A DNA stretch of 64,000 bases from a virus (IMGVR_UViG_3300028581_000010), one strand, 5' to 3'. Positions 8,584-17,296 are shown, counted from the first letter of the stretch. A program made the numbers and translations. The notes: generated from the sequence alone by a model not told the origin.

Positions 8584-9084
8584 TTACACGTTCGAGACGA
8601 GCTCGGTGAGCTCATCCTTCGTGAGGTGTTCGAGAGCCTGCCGCACGCCCTCCTTGTAGCAGTAGTTGTCCTGCGCGGAGCATTCGGCAGACACGAAGTA
8701 CACCTTACCGGTGGTCTTGTGTTTGATCTGGATATGCGTGTACCCGCCGAACGGGTCCAGGTCATAGTCCATACTCTTCTTGAAGCCGGCGGGAAGAACG
8801 ACGCTGTGGCGCCCGTCCTCGTGCATCGCGAATCCATGGCCGTATTGCAGGCCCTGGCGCAGATACACACCCCACCGCTGGTGCATCACTCGGACCTTGT
8901 GGCCGAGCTCGAGCAACCGCTTCATTGATACCCCGTGTGAGGGTACGTAGTTGCGACGGGTGGTCTGGGGGTCCTTTGCAGGCCAGATCCACTGACGTCC
9001 TGTTCCAACTTCCGTGCGGACGAACTGTTTGTTAACAGAGTCCAGCACCGTTTCATACCCTTCCGATTTACTTGTTTGTGTCAT
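8584..9084 (-). CDS. hypothetical protein
   Basis: 166-aa ORF directly downstream of recA. Confidence 0.6.
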   Translation of the reverse strand: MTQTSKSEGYETVLDSVNKQFVRTEVGTGRQWIWPAKDPQTTRRNYVPSHGVSMKRLLELGHKVRVMHQRWGVYLRQGLQYGHGFAMHEDGRHSVVLPAGFKKSMDYDLDPFGGYTHIQIKHKTTGKVYFVSAECSAQDNYCYKEGVRQALEHLTKDELTELVSNV

Positions 9085-9099
9085 TTGTAGTGTGAAACG

Positions 9100-10323
9100 C
9101 TAGGAGCCGTCGAGATCCTCCTCTAGATTCGACTTCTTCTTGCGCTTCTTTTTGTTTGTTTGTTCGATTTCTCGCCTAGCGGCCTCACTAGGCATGTCGG
9201 GTAGCCCGAAGGCTTGCCGGCATATTTCCTTGGCCTGAGGACTGTTCTGGATGAGGAAACCCAGTTCGCCCTCCCTATATTTTTTGATCTTCTCTTCACC
9301 ACCCACGACGTGCTTAGTCTGGATGACACCTACCGCACCTGTTTCTGGGTCGATATACTCCGTTCCTTCTGTCTTCCAAGAGTAGTATCCACCTGCGTGC
9401 GAGCCCACGATATGTGGGTAATTAGGAGCCAGTGTGGCTCTTACGAGTGGGGAGTACCAATCTATGCCTCCCTCGATGTGGATGTCGAACTCGATCTTCT
9501 GGCTGTTGCCTTCTCTACCGAGCTTATTCCGCTTGACGGTCAATGTATGTATCGACCCTGACTTTCTCTGGACGCCGTTGCTATCCGGTGAAGTAACGTC
9601 CTTAATTCGAGCGACCTTGAATTGATAGGTCGAATTAAAGCGTTGAGCCTCACCACCGATGAGCGCCTCGGGCTTCTCTGTGCCGAACCCCTGCATGCCA
9701 CCAATCTGCTCGCGCAGCTGGTTCGTGGCTACAAAGATGACCTTTTCTGTTTCCAGGTATGGAATGACGTTCCTGTAGAAGTTAGCCATAAGCTTGGCAT
9801 GTTCGCCAACCTTTGTCTCACCAACCATGTCCTTGTCGCGTTCGTACTCTGTGCAAGTACCGGCGATGGAGTCAAGCGCCACCATAATGGGAGTGGTCTG
9901 CTCAGGATCGAACTTGGGCACGTTCATGATGATATTCTTACATAATGTCAGTGCCTGCTCTAGCGTGCGCGGATTGTGGTAGTGCACACGCTCATCATCT
10001 ACACCCTGCTTACGCATATAGTCGAAGTCTGGGGCCGACTCCGTCTCAATCCAGAACATCATGCCACCAGCCTTCTGGAATATCTTAGCCAGATCGAACA
10101 GAAGCGTCGTCTTAGAGCAACCCTTCTTGCCATAGATCAGGTAGCACCGACCGTAGGCCATAAACCTACGGTCAAATGCATACTCCAATAGAGGGTTGTC
10201 CAGCACTATACCAGTAGCTGGTGGCTCCTTCGATACCGGATTGAGGTCCATCTTCTCGTCAAACTTCTTATTGAACGAGGTCTTAATGGTCTCCAGGTAT
10301 TTCTTGAAGTTGTCTGGGTCCAT
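9100..10323 (-). CDS. recA: RecA/UvsX-like recombinase
   Basis: P-loop GKKGCSKTT, IETE, LDSIAG, FVATNQLR, GGEA.RF and VKRNKL. Confidence 0.9.
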   Translation of the reverse strand: MDPDNFKKYLETIKTSFNKKFDEKMDLNPVSKEPPATGIVLDNPLLEYAFDRRFMAYGRCYLIYGKKGCSKTTLLFDLAKIFQKAGGMMFWIETESAPDFDYMRKQGVDDERVHYHNPRTLEQALTLCKNIIMNVPKFDPEQTTPIMVALDSIAGTCTEYERDKDMVGETKVGEHAKLMANFYRNVIPYLETEKVIFVATNQLREQIGGMQGFGTEKPEALIGGEAQRFNSTYQFKVARIKDVTSPDSNGVQRKSGSIHTLTVKRNKLGREGNSQKIEFDIHIEGGIDWYSPLVRATLAPNYPHIVGSHAGGYYSWKTEGTEYIDPETGAVGVIQTKHVVGGEEKIKKYREGELGFLIQNSPQAKEICRQAFGLPDMPSEAARREIEQTNKKKRKKKSNLEEDLDGS

Positions 10324-10324
10324 C

Positions 10325-11383
10325 TTATTCCTCTGGTGTCTCTAGCAGTCTACGTGCCTGTTCCCGTGACAACCCTGCTATGGGGTTGGCTGGCAGCTTA
10401 GAAGCCTTTTTAGGGGCAACTGGGGCCGCAGGCTTGGGTGCTGAGAATGTGGGCTTCGCGACCTCGAAGTCGTCTTCCTCCTTAACTTCTTCCTCCACTA
10501 CACGCACAGGAGGGCTGACGTAGTCAACTTCTTGCTCTTCCTCGTATTCAGGTTCCGGCGGTCTAGCCAGAGGTTTCCTCGCAGGTGCCTTAGGGGCTAC
10601 CTTGATGACCTCTCTGGGCAAACCATCATAACCATCCATGCACTCGTTAAATACCTCACGCGAGTACATTTTGCGCAATCCTGCAATGATCTCTTCCGTG
10701 CTCTTGAACTGGAGTACGTCGTCCAAGTTATACAGATAGTCCGCATCTGCGAGCTTATCTGGTAGCTTGATCGCTTGACTTGGATCAGGTGCGATCGACC
10801 ACGGGTTGGAGCTATTCTCTTTCAGCTTCACGTGTACCGCTAGACAGCGCTCGGGATCATTGATGAGCGGGCGGTCATTACCATGCAGATCTTTCTCTGC
10901 CAGCCAGTTATGGAGCGAGTCCGCACCATTCTTTAGCGGTAGGTCGAGGACGTGGGCCCCTGCCTTTAGGTTGTTTGCGAACGCGACATTATATAGCACG
11001 CGCTGCGTGATTCTCCCGAAGTTGGGATACTTCTTGAACTTCTTACCATTCACATCTACCTCGCCTACAGCGGCTTCATCTGGATAGAGTAGCTTGAAGT
11101 TATTTGCAAAGTACTCGGCTGGATCTTCCGCCTTGTTGAGTACGATATATTTCTCTTTGTAGTTGTCGCCGAAGTTATCACGAATCGTGATCACCTTGAA
11201 CCACACACCGTTGCCGGCACCGTCATCTGTATAGCCGGGCAGGAAGTAAAGATATGCACCTTCCTGGTTTGTTGTCTTATTGAATACCGCGCGGCGCACA
11301 CCCTCGCGGATATACTGCGCACTATTGGAGCCTAACTGCATTTCCGACCCCTGGAATGTTTTCGATGGTTTTATAATCGCCAT
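10325..11383 (-). CDS. putative single-stranded DNA-binding protein (gp32-like)
   Basis: Directly upstream of recA. It has an aromatic-rich N-terminal domain and an acidic/Pro-rich low-complexity tail. The assignment is largely positional. Confidence 0.45.
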   Translation of the reverse strand: MAIIKPSKTFQGSEMQLGSNSAQYIREGVRRAVFNKTTNQEGAYLYFLPGYTDDGAGNGVWFKVITIRDNFGDNYKEKYIVLNKAEDPAEYFANNFKLLYPDEAAVGEVDVNGKKFKKYPNFGRITQRVLYNVAFANNLKAGAHVLDLPLKNGADSLHNWLAEKDLHGNDRPLINDPERCLAVHVKLKENSSNPWSIAPDPSQAIKLPDKLADADYLYNLDDVLQFKSTEEIIAGLRKMYSREVFNECMDGYDGLPREVIKVAPKAPARKPLARPPEPEYEEEQEVDYVSPPVRVVEEEVKEEDDFEVAKPTFSAPKPAAPVAPKKASKLPANPIAGLSREQARRLLETPEE

Positions 11384-11536
11384 TTTGTATTACTGTCGTC
11401 TGTCACTGTCTTTTTGCTTGTTTGCTATGTTTGCTATGTGCACTATTCCCGATAGCAAGCGGGATGTCAACCACATTATTTGCCCCTGGCCCGGCTCTGT
11501 TTTTCACAGAGCCGTAAGCCGGGCAGCATCAATGTA

Positions 11537-12142
11537 TTATACCATCAGAATCTTTTTATCTGTGCGTTGACCACGCAGATAATTCAGGAAGGTTTGTAGC
11601 ATCATACCTGAGATGATGATGGGCAATGCATGCGAGATGTTCTCCTCTTTCTCCCATGCGAGCAGGCAGCCGCCTGTCTCCTTCGAGTCGTCGATGTACG
11701 GCTCCAGCTGGTTCTTAGGCAGTTCCGAGTTGAACAGCGCACCGGTACGTGACGTACAGCGGCCGTCGATCCAGAACGGAGCATCCTTGCCATGCTTCCA
11801 GCCATAGTTGTAGAGCATCTTGCGGAACTCCATGGAGTCCACACACGAGAACACAACATCATATTTCTTCAAGTCCTTCTCAGTCATGAATTTGGTGATA
11901 CCATTGACCACGAACTTCTCCTCGAGCACCTTCACCTTATGCTTGCCGACATCGTCGAGCGTAAAGCGCTGGTGCAGCAGGTTGGATGTATCCACAACGT
12001 CGTCGTCATAGATGTCAACCTCCATGCCGGAGTAGTCAAACTGCTTTCTGTTGTAGCCGTAGTCGAACAGGACCGCAAGCAAATTGCTTCCAATCCCTCC
12101 CGCTCCAGCAATGCCGATTTTCTTGATTTTCTTAATGTCCAT
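11537..12142 (-). CDS. ThiF/MoeB/E1-like activating enzyme
   Basis: KIGIAGAGGIGS, DDDVVDTSNLLHQ, SCVDSMEFRK, WIDGR and a candidate catalytic Cys in TGGCL. The start is at MDIKK. Confidence 0.93.
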   Translation of the reverse strand: MDIKKIKKIGIAGAGGIGSNLLAVLFDYGYNRKQFDYSGMEVDIYDDDVVDTSNLLHQRFTLDDVGKHKVKVLEEKFVVNGITKFMTEKDLKKYDVVFSCVDSMEFRKMLYNYGWKHGKDAPFWIDGRCTSRTGALFNSELPKNQLEPYIDDSKETGGCLLAWEKEENISHALPIIISGMMLQTFLNYLRGQRTDKKILMV

Positions 12143-12581
12143 TTGATAGGAGAGCCTCCATGGAGCTCTTGGGTAGATAGTAAATGTACAGGTCCTCGTA
12201 GGCCTCACCCATCCACTCGGAAGCAGAATAGTATCCGCGCTCCGTAGCATAGATGTAGTTGTACTTGAACCCCATAAACAGTTTGTTTAGGTCCAGCGAG
12301 CTTGGAGACGGGCTGAACGACGGGTGAGTGTGAAAGCTGCCGTGCAACTTCCATCCTTCCTGCACACGCGGTACGATCAGCTCACCGAAGTCTCCCTCGT
12401 GGGCCTCATATAGCCCAAGCGCTGTGGTCGAACCTGTGTATATGTTACGCAACTTGACAAACTCGAAGTCTTCGTCGCGATGCAGGAGTAATCCGCCCTC
12501 TTCTTCCGAGGACTTGCTGCACAGAGCAGCTGCTCTGTATAATTCTTGGGCTAGGTTGTAACTGATTCTTTCTCTAAGCAT
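12132..12581 (-). CDS. JAB/MPN+ (JAMM) metallo-isopeptidase
   Basis: EEEGG plus an exact H-x-H-x7-S-x2-D motif (HTHPSFSPSPSSLD). Confidence 0.92.
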   Translation of the reverse strand: MLRERISYNLAQELYRAAALCSKSSEEEGGLLLHRDEDFEFVKLRNIYTGSTTALGLYEAHEGDFGELIVPRVQEGWKLHGSFHTHPSFSPSPSSLDLNKLFMGFKYNYIYATERGYYSASEWMGEAYEDLYIYYLPKSSMEALLSNGH

Positions 12582-12643
12582 TATAGGTTTGGTTGTTGGT
12601 TATGCTGGGCCGCGGAGTCTCACCACGGCCCAGCCTGTCTCGT

Positions 12644-13021
12644 TTAGTACGCAGGGTATTCCTGCTTCTTGTGAACACCCATCTCTCCAAGGTGCTCATC
12701 GCCCAGTCCTTCCGGGTCAAACTCCTCGTCGTCGAATGCTGTGTCCCGTATTGGGTCGAACAGCAAGGCTTCGATGTCAGGATCGTCCATAATCTCCTTG
12801 TCAGCATTCTCGAGCTCCACAGCCACCGGCTGCAGTACGCTGGCATCTTCTTCTGCCGCGTAGATGCGATCCAACGCCTTCTCGAGGAACAACGCCAAGG
12901 CGTTCTCCACTTCGACTGGGTTGGTCTGCAGCCGCTCAAGCGCCTGTGTTATGGTTAGGGTTTCATCCAAGGCTGCTGTAAGCACCTCGGCCAATAGGTC
13001 GTCTTGTATTTCGATTTGCAT
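12644..13021 (-). CDS. highly acidic hypothetical protein
   Basis: D/E-rich 125-aa ORF between the 730-aa gene and JAB. Confidence 0.65.
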   Translation of the reverse strand: MQIEIQDDLLAEVLTAALDETLTITQALERLQTNPVEVENALALFLEKALDRIYAAEEDASVLQPVAVELENADKEIMDDPDIEALLFDPIRDTAFDDEEFDPEGLGDEHLGEMGVHKKQEYPAY

Positions 13022-15213
13022 TATGCTGGAATTAGGTTGTCTTTAATCTTAGCGATGTCTTCGATAACTGCGTCATCCGGCAGGGCAGCGAGAGCTGCAA
13101 GGCCGTTGTCACGTTCAGGGTGATAGTCATCGTGGGCGTTCTCAGCACCTGGCTGAGCATGACCCTTGAGCGTACCGATCTTGTTCTGAACTGCAGAATC
13201 ATTCTTTAGGGCGAGTAGCCGAGAAGCGATGTCATCGTAGCCAGCACCTTTGTAGTGATAGTCATTGACGATACATCTGTATTGCTGAGTGTCATAGTCA
13301 TACACCTTAGCATTCTCAACCACAACTGCATACTTGCGCAGCTTGCCTTGGACGATATACGCGTCCTTGCCCTTGAACTTCTCCATCACGGCACCAGTCA
13401 TCTTGATCGCAGCGTTCAAGAACTCCTTCGAGCGCTCGATAGCCTTGCTCTTGTTCTCGATAACCAGACCAACCACTTTCTCAATGTCCTTGAGTGTGAT
13501 CTTTGCCTTAACGACTTTGTTGCCGTCCTCATCCTTGGTAGTCTCGGACGTGGTATCGATCAGTGCCTGAGCGGTCTCCTTCCTGGCCCACTCGAAGTCA
13601 CGACGTTTGTAATCGTAGCCCTGGCGGCCGTACTGATTGTTCGTGCGCTTGTTGACGCTGTTGACCTTGGCAATGAGCGAGCGCAGCGATACACGCAGGC
13701 TACGTTCCTTATCAACCTCCAGCATGATGTGATGCTTCTCCGCATCGAAGTAGAACTTGAGCGCAGGTGCATTCAGCCCTGGTATCTCGTCGTTGTACTC
13801 ATCGTTCGTGATGTTCTTGTGAATCTTCACCGGCAGCCCGTTAGCGATGACGTCATGCCACTTGATGGACATGCGACTGGTCGCCTTGAGGAACAGCTTG
13901 TAGTCCTCTGCACTGCGGTAGCAGGACGCACGATGGATAACCTGCCCAATCTCGTCCTTGTTGATGCGCGTTCCGTTAACCTTGCGCTGGTGATCCTTCG
14001 TAATGGAGGCCTCGATGTCGATGCCGTTGATCTTGATTGCCGGTAGCTTGTACTCCTTGGGAGCCTCTTCGCCGGCTTTCTTCGCGGTAAACGCGTCAGC
14101 AGGGAGTGCTCCGTTGGCGAGCTTCGCCGTCAGCTCTCCACCAACCAGGTCGACGATCGTGTAGATGTCGAACTCGCCGTTGAAGTTCAGCTTGTTGTAG
14201 AGCACGTCGATCAGGTTTGGATACTCGACCGATACGTTCTCATATGTAGCTGTATCTTGCTTGATGGTGATGTCGTTGATCTTGATCTGCTGGATCTCAC
14301 CTGCCTTGAGCTTACCCACGACCACGAGGTTGGAGCTTCTGCGGTAGTCGTTCTCCATCTTTACATGGGCAGCGGCATACGCCTCCTTAACCTTCTTGGT
14401 CAGCTTCTTTTCCATACGCAGGCGTAGAATATCTCCGTCGTGCGAGTTGATGAAGCACTTCTTAACAAGCAGCTTGGTCAGCGCAGGCTGCAGCAAGCAC
14501 ATCAGCATGATGTGGGCTGTGTTGATGTCGTAGTTGTTCGTGACAATATACGACGGCTTGCCTAGCCGTGTTGCCGATGGCGCCTTCATGAGGAAGAAGC
14601 CCTTGTCTAGGTAGTCGTACAGCGGCTCAGTCTCCTTCACCATCATACACAGCATCGGAGAGTCACCGGAGTAGCTCACCTCAGTCCTGTTTGTGTCGAA
14701 GTGCTGACCTGTCAGAATACGATATGTATTTCCCTTGGACAGATGCTCAATAGGCTCGTGCTGAATCAGCGTCGGCGTATAGGCGATGTCCAGCTCCTGT
14801 GGCACCAGCTTGATGCTCTTGTGCAGGGCCGGTAGATCTTTCCGAATGTGCGTCAGCGTGAGGTTCTTCTGCGGAGCAGGGTAGTTCGTATTGGTGTTCT
14901 CATAGAACCCGCGTACGCCATACTCCACACCTCCGCCACCAGCGCTCTTGCGAATCTTGTCAGGAAGCTCCCTGTCGGCGGTTGTGAGCTTTAAATTGTG
15001 CAGAAACAGCGGTGAGCCGCCTGCTGCGAAGTATGCATGCATCTTGTGCGCGTCGGCAAAAGAGGCAGCCTCGAGATACAACACGTGAGATAGCCCGCCC
15101 TGCACTGTGTTGTTGTACTTAAAGTCAAAAACTACAGCGCCGTCAGACAACGCCCCTGAGGACTTGCTGAACGAGCTGATTAGCTTTTTAAATTCTGGTA
15201 ATGTTAATTTCAT
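13021..15213 (-). CDS. 730-aa hypothetical protein of the Ubl operon (candidate E2/E3-like or substrate)
   Basis: Long ORF between the Ubl and JAB genes. The C-terminal domain contains YRCIV...DDIASRLLALKND. Confidence 0.8.
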   Translation of the reverse strand: MKLTLPEFKKLISSFSKSSGALSDGAVVFDFKYNNTVQGGLSHVLYLEAASFADAHKMHAYFAAGGSPLFLHNLKLTTADRELPDKIRKSAGGGGVEYGVRGFYENTNTNYPAPQKNLTLTHIRKDLPALHKSIKLVPQELDIAYTPTLIQHEPIEHLSKGNTYRILTGQHFDTNRTEVSYSGDSPMLCMMVKETEPLYDYLDKGFFLMKAPSATRLGKPSYIVTNNYDINTAHIMLMCLLQPALTKLLVKKCFINSHDGDILRLRMEKKLTKKVKEAYAAAHVKMENDYRRSSNLVVVGKLKAGEIQQIKINDITIKQDTATYENVSVEYPNLIDVLYNKLNFNGEFDIYTIVDLVGGELTAKLANGALPADAFTAKKAGEEAPKEYKLPAIKINGIDIEASITKDHQRKVNGTRINKDEIGQVIHRASCYRSAEDYKLFLKATSRMSIKWHDVIANGLPVKIHKNITNDEYNDEIPGLNAPALKFYFDAEKHHIMLEVDKERSLRVSLRSLIAKVNSVNKRTNNQYGRQGYDYKRRDFEWARKETAQALIDTTSETTKDEDGNKVVKAKITLKDIEKVVGLVIENKSKAIERSKEFLNAAIKMTGAVMEKFKGKDAYIVQGKLRKYAVVVENAKVYDYDTQQYRCIVNDYHYKGAGYDDIASRLLALKNDSAVQNKIGTLKGHAQPGAENAHDDYHPERDNGLAALAALPDDAVIEDIAKIKDNLIPA

Positions 15214-15244
15214 TGGTTAGGTTGGTCTCCATGCCTCGGCATGA

Positions 15245-15279
15245 TAAAACAAAAAGGGTGGGGAAGTTATCCCCACCCT
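15245..15279 (-). terminator. intrinsic terminator downstream of the Ubl gene
   Basis: 10-bp stem AGGGTGGGGA/TCCCCACCCT with a 5-nt loop, followed by TTTTGTTTT on the minus strand. Confidence 0.8.
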
Positions 15280-15370
15280 CTTGTTCAAAAACTCACCCCC
15301 GATTACGCATAGCTGCTTGATACAGCCAGAGGCGGGGGGTGACGTAGTCAGTGGCCCTTAGGGCCGTACA

Positions 15371-15667
15371 TTAGAGCTTGTACAGAGCTGTGTAGAAGTC
15401 GTACGCCTCCTGGGCAGTACCACCAACCAGCACACCAGTCAGAAGGATCATCGGATCATTCTCGGCAGCGAGCTTGTTGCGGAGCTTATTGACGTTTGCG
15501 TTGTCGCGCACGTCAGCGCCCTCGAACTCGAACTTCTCACCGTTGATGAAGACCCAGCGTTGGTTCTTCTCGGCGTTATCGCAGATTGTGTCGACGGCGG
15601 CGTCGAGTTCTAGATCTGCTACTGTGGTGTGACCAGTGCGGTCAGCGATGTCGATTTTGTATGTCAT
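15371..15667 (-). CDS. ubiquitin-like (ThiS/MoaD beta-grasp) protein with a GG motif and a 15-aa C-terminal extension
   Basis: 98 aa from MTYKID. WVFINGEKF and a final strand DPMILLTGVLVGG are followed by TAQEAYDFYTALYKL. Confidence 0.78.
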   Translation of the reverse strand: MTYKIDIADRTGHTTVADLELDAAVDTICDNAEKNQRWVFINGEKFEFEGADVRDNANVNKLRNKLAAENDPMILLTGVLVGGTAQEAYDFYTALYKL

Positions 15668-15723
15668 ATTACTTTTCTCTTTGGTTTGGTTTGTCTTTAT
15701 ACTAACGCTTAAGTTCGTTGAAC

Positions 15724-16464
15724 TCAAGATTTAAATAGCACAATCGCGAGGTTGTGCAGGTCACTCAAAAGCCCAGCTTTTGCCACTAGATTCACGTATG
15801 CTTCCGTGCTATCTGTTTGGTGAAAGCCAAGGTTGAGCTTGTTAATGCTGTGCCCGGTTTTTGCAAGCTTCCGCGTTAGCAACCGGTCGAACTCTCTATA
15901 TAGAATGTAATAGGGTTCTCTGTAGGCCCACTTGTCCGTCTTCTCGATGTAGGCCTTAGTCATTGGGTGAGCTGCAAGCTGCTTCTTTGTGTAAGCAGTG
16001 CATATGCGTTTGATATCCGCCTTTAGTACAGCCTCTTGAACACGACTGAACCGCTCGCCAGGATATTTTGTGGCCCTGACAACCACCTTTTTCTTCTTAG
16101 CCTTTCGCGCTACTTTCTTGGGGCGTTTCTTCAACTTTCCCTTTGCAGCTACGATGTGCGGCAGCTTGGCCCAGGCAGGAAGCCGCTCTCTAACTCCGGC
16201 TACCGTCTTCTTCTCCGCGGCGTGAATCTTCGGGTAGGTCTTCAGCTGCCGTGTGTTCAGGTGCAACGGGCTTGCGATGACCACATTTCTAACTACGTTT
16301 GGCCTACGCAGCGCGCCGTTCTTGCTCTTGTCATACAGGTTGTTAGTGGATAGCACCCCTTTCACCGCCTTTGTTACGGACGGGTTGGTGTAATCGGCCC
16401 TAAGGTCGCTGATGACATAGCACCTAACTCCATTCATAAGATAGTAAGGTTTTGTCTTTATCAT
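15724..16464 (-). CDS. hypothetical basic protein
   Basis: 246-aa Lys/Arg-rich ORF in the same strand run. Confidence 0.6.
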   Translation of the reverse strand: MIKTKPYYLMNGVRCYVISDLRADYTNPSVTKAVKGVLSTNNLYDKSKNGALRRPNVVRNVVIASPLHLNTRQLKTYPKIHAAEKKTVAGVRERLPAWAKLPHIVAAKGKLKKRPKKVARKAKKKKVVVRATKYPGERFSRVQEAVLKADIKRICTAYTKKQLAAHPMTKAYIEKTDKWAYREPYYILYREFDRLLTRKLAKTGHSINKLNLGFHQTDSTEAYVNLVAKAGLLSDLHNLAIVLFKS

Positions 16465-17196
16465 TTATTTGTGGATAGGGAATCTTATATGCCGTATGGA
16501 CCCATCTTTCAGAGTTCTGTCTACGCAGGCACGGCATCTCAAACACGCACCACTATCCTTTGTGTTCTTCATCTTGCCTGTAATTTCCGGACAGACCAAC
16601 ACAGGCCTGTCGTTGAGTTGGGCAGGAAACTCGTCGCCCATGAACGCCACAGATATGTTCTTACAATCCTTATACTTCTCGTTATACTCAGCCAGCACCT
16701 CAGCTTGATTCACAGGGTCGCAGCTCAGCAGTATTGTAAGGTGCTCGCAGTCCTTCAGGGCATGGACAGCAAAAAGACTTCTGGTATACAGCCAAAACCG
16801 TATATCAGAATTCTTTTTGATGACCCTGCTCCAGGCGTGCGCATATGCGTCGTTGAATAGGTCTCCAGATGTGTGCAGCCTGAAATATGGTGAGCGGTCG
16901 CCGCCGTTTAAACGCCACTTTGTTACAGTGTTGTCCAGTATCTCAAACAGCTCCTCTGCCGTTTTATCTTGCAGTAGTGCAGTATTCTCGTCTTCAACCG
17001 CAGCGTAGCCCTTGTAGCGCTTTCGTAGAGAGGCTGCGTAGCATACCTTGAGGCAGCCACCTTTACCTTCTGTAGCACATGGACAGCTTCCTCCATCTTC
17101 TGGCTTGCCAGAACGTAAGCTGAACGTATTGAAGTGTCCGTCGTAACTTCTTACTTTTGAATTATTTGTTAATTTTAATGACTTGTATTTTTCCAT
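16465..17196 (-). CDS. GP88-like phage protein (Cys-rich, radical-SAM-related)
   Basis: TFSL..SCP....C...CYA, YFRLHTSGD, WLYTRS and C-terminal CP..C..C..C. Confidence 0.75.
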   Translation of the reverse strand: MEKYKSLKLTNNSKVRSYDGHFNTFSLRSGKPEDGGSCPCATEGKGGCLKVCYAASLRKRYKGYAAVEDENTALLQDKTAEELFEILDNTVTKWRLNGGDRSPYFRLHTSGDLFNDAYAHAWSRVIKKNSDIRFWLYTRSLFAVHALKDCEHLTILLSCDPVNQAEVLAEYNEKYKDCKNISVAFMGDEFPAQLNDRPVLVCPEITGKMKNTKDSGACLRCRACVDRTLKDGSIRHIRFPIHK

Positions 17197-17296
17197 AAGC
17201 TATTTTAATAAGCCCATTTTTATTGTGTTTAAATCAATATCGTGTACAATGTTTATATGGTCTCTATTTATAGTTTAAAGCACCCATGGCGGGGAA

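Noticed and set aside
15371-15667. Ubl as a plain ThiS/MoaD sulfur carrier
   Set aside because: Disfavoured rather than excluded. No ThiG, MoaE, cysteine synthase or thiolase lies in the window, and the JAB plus large partner gene fit conjugation better.
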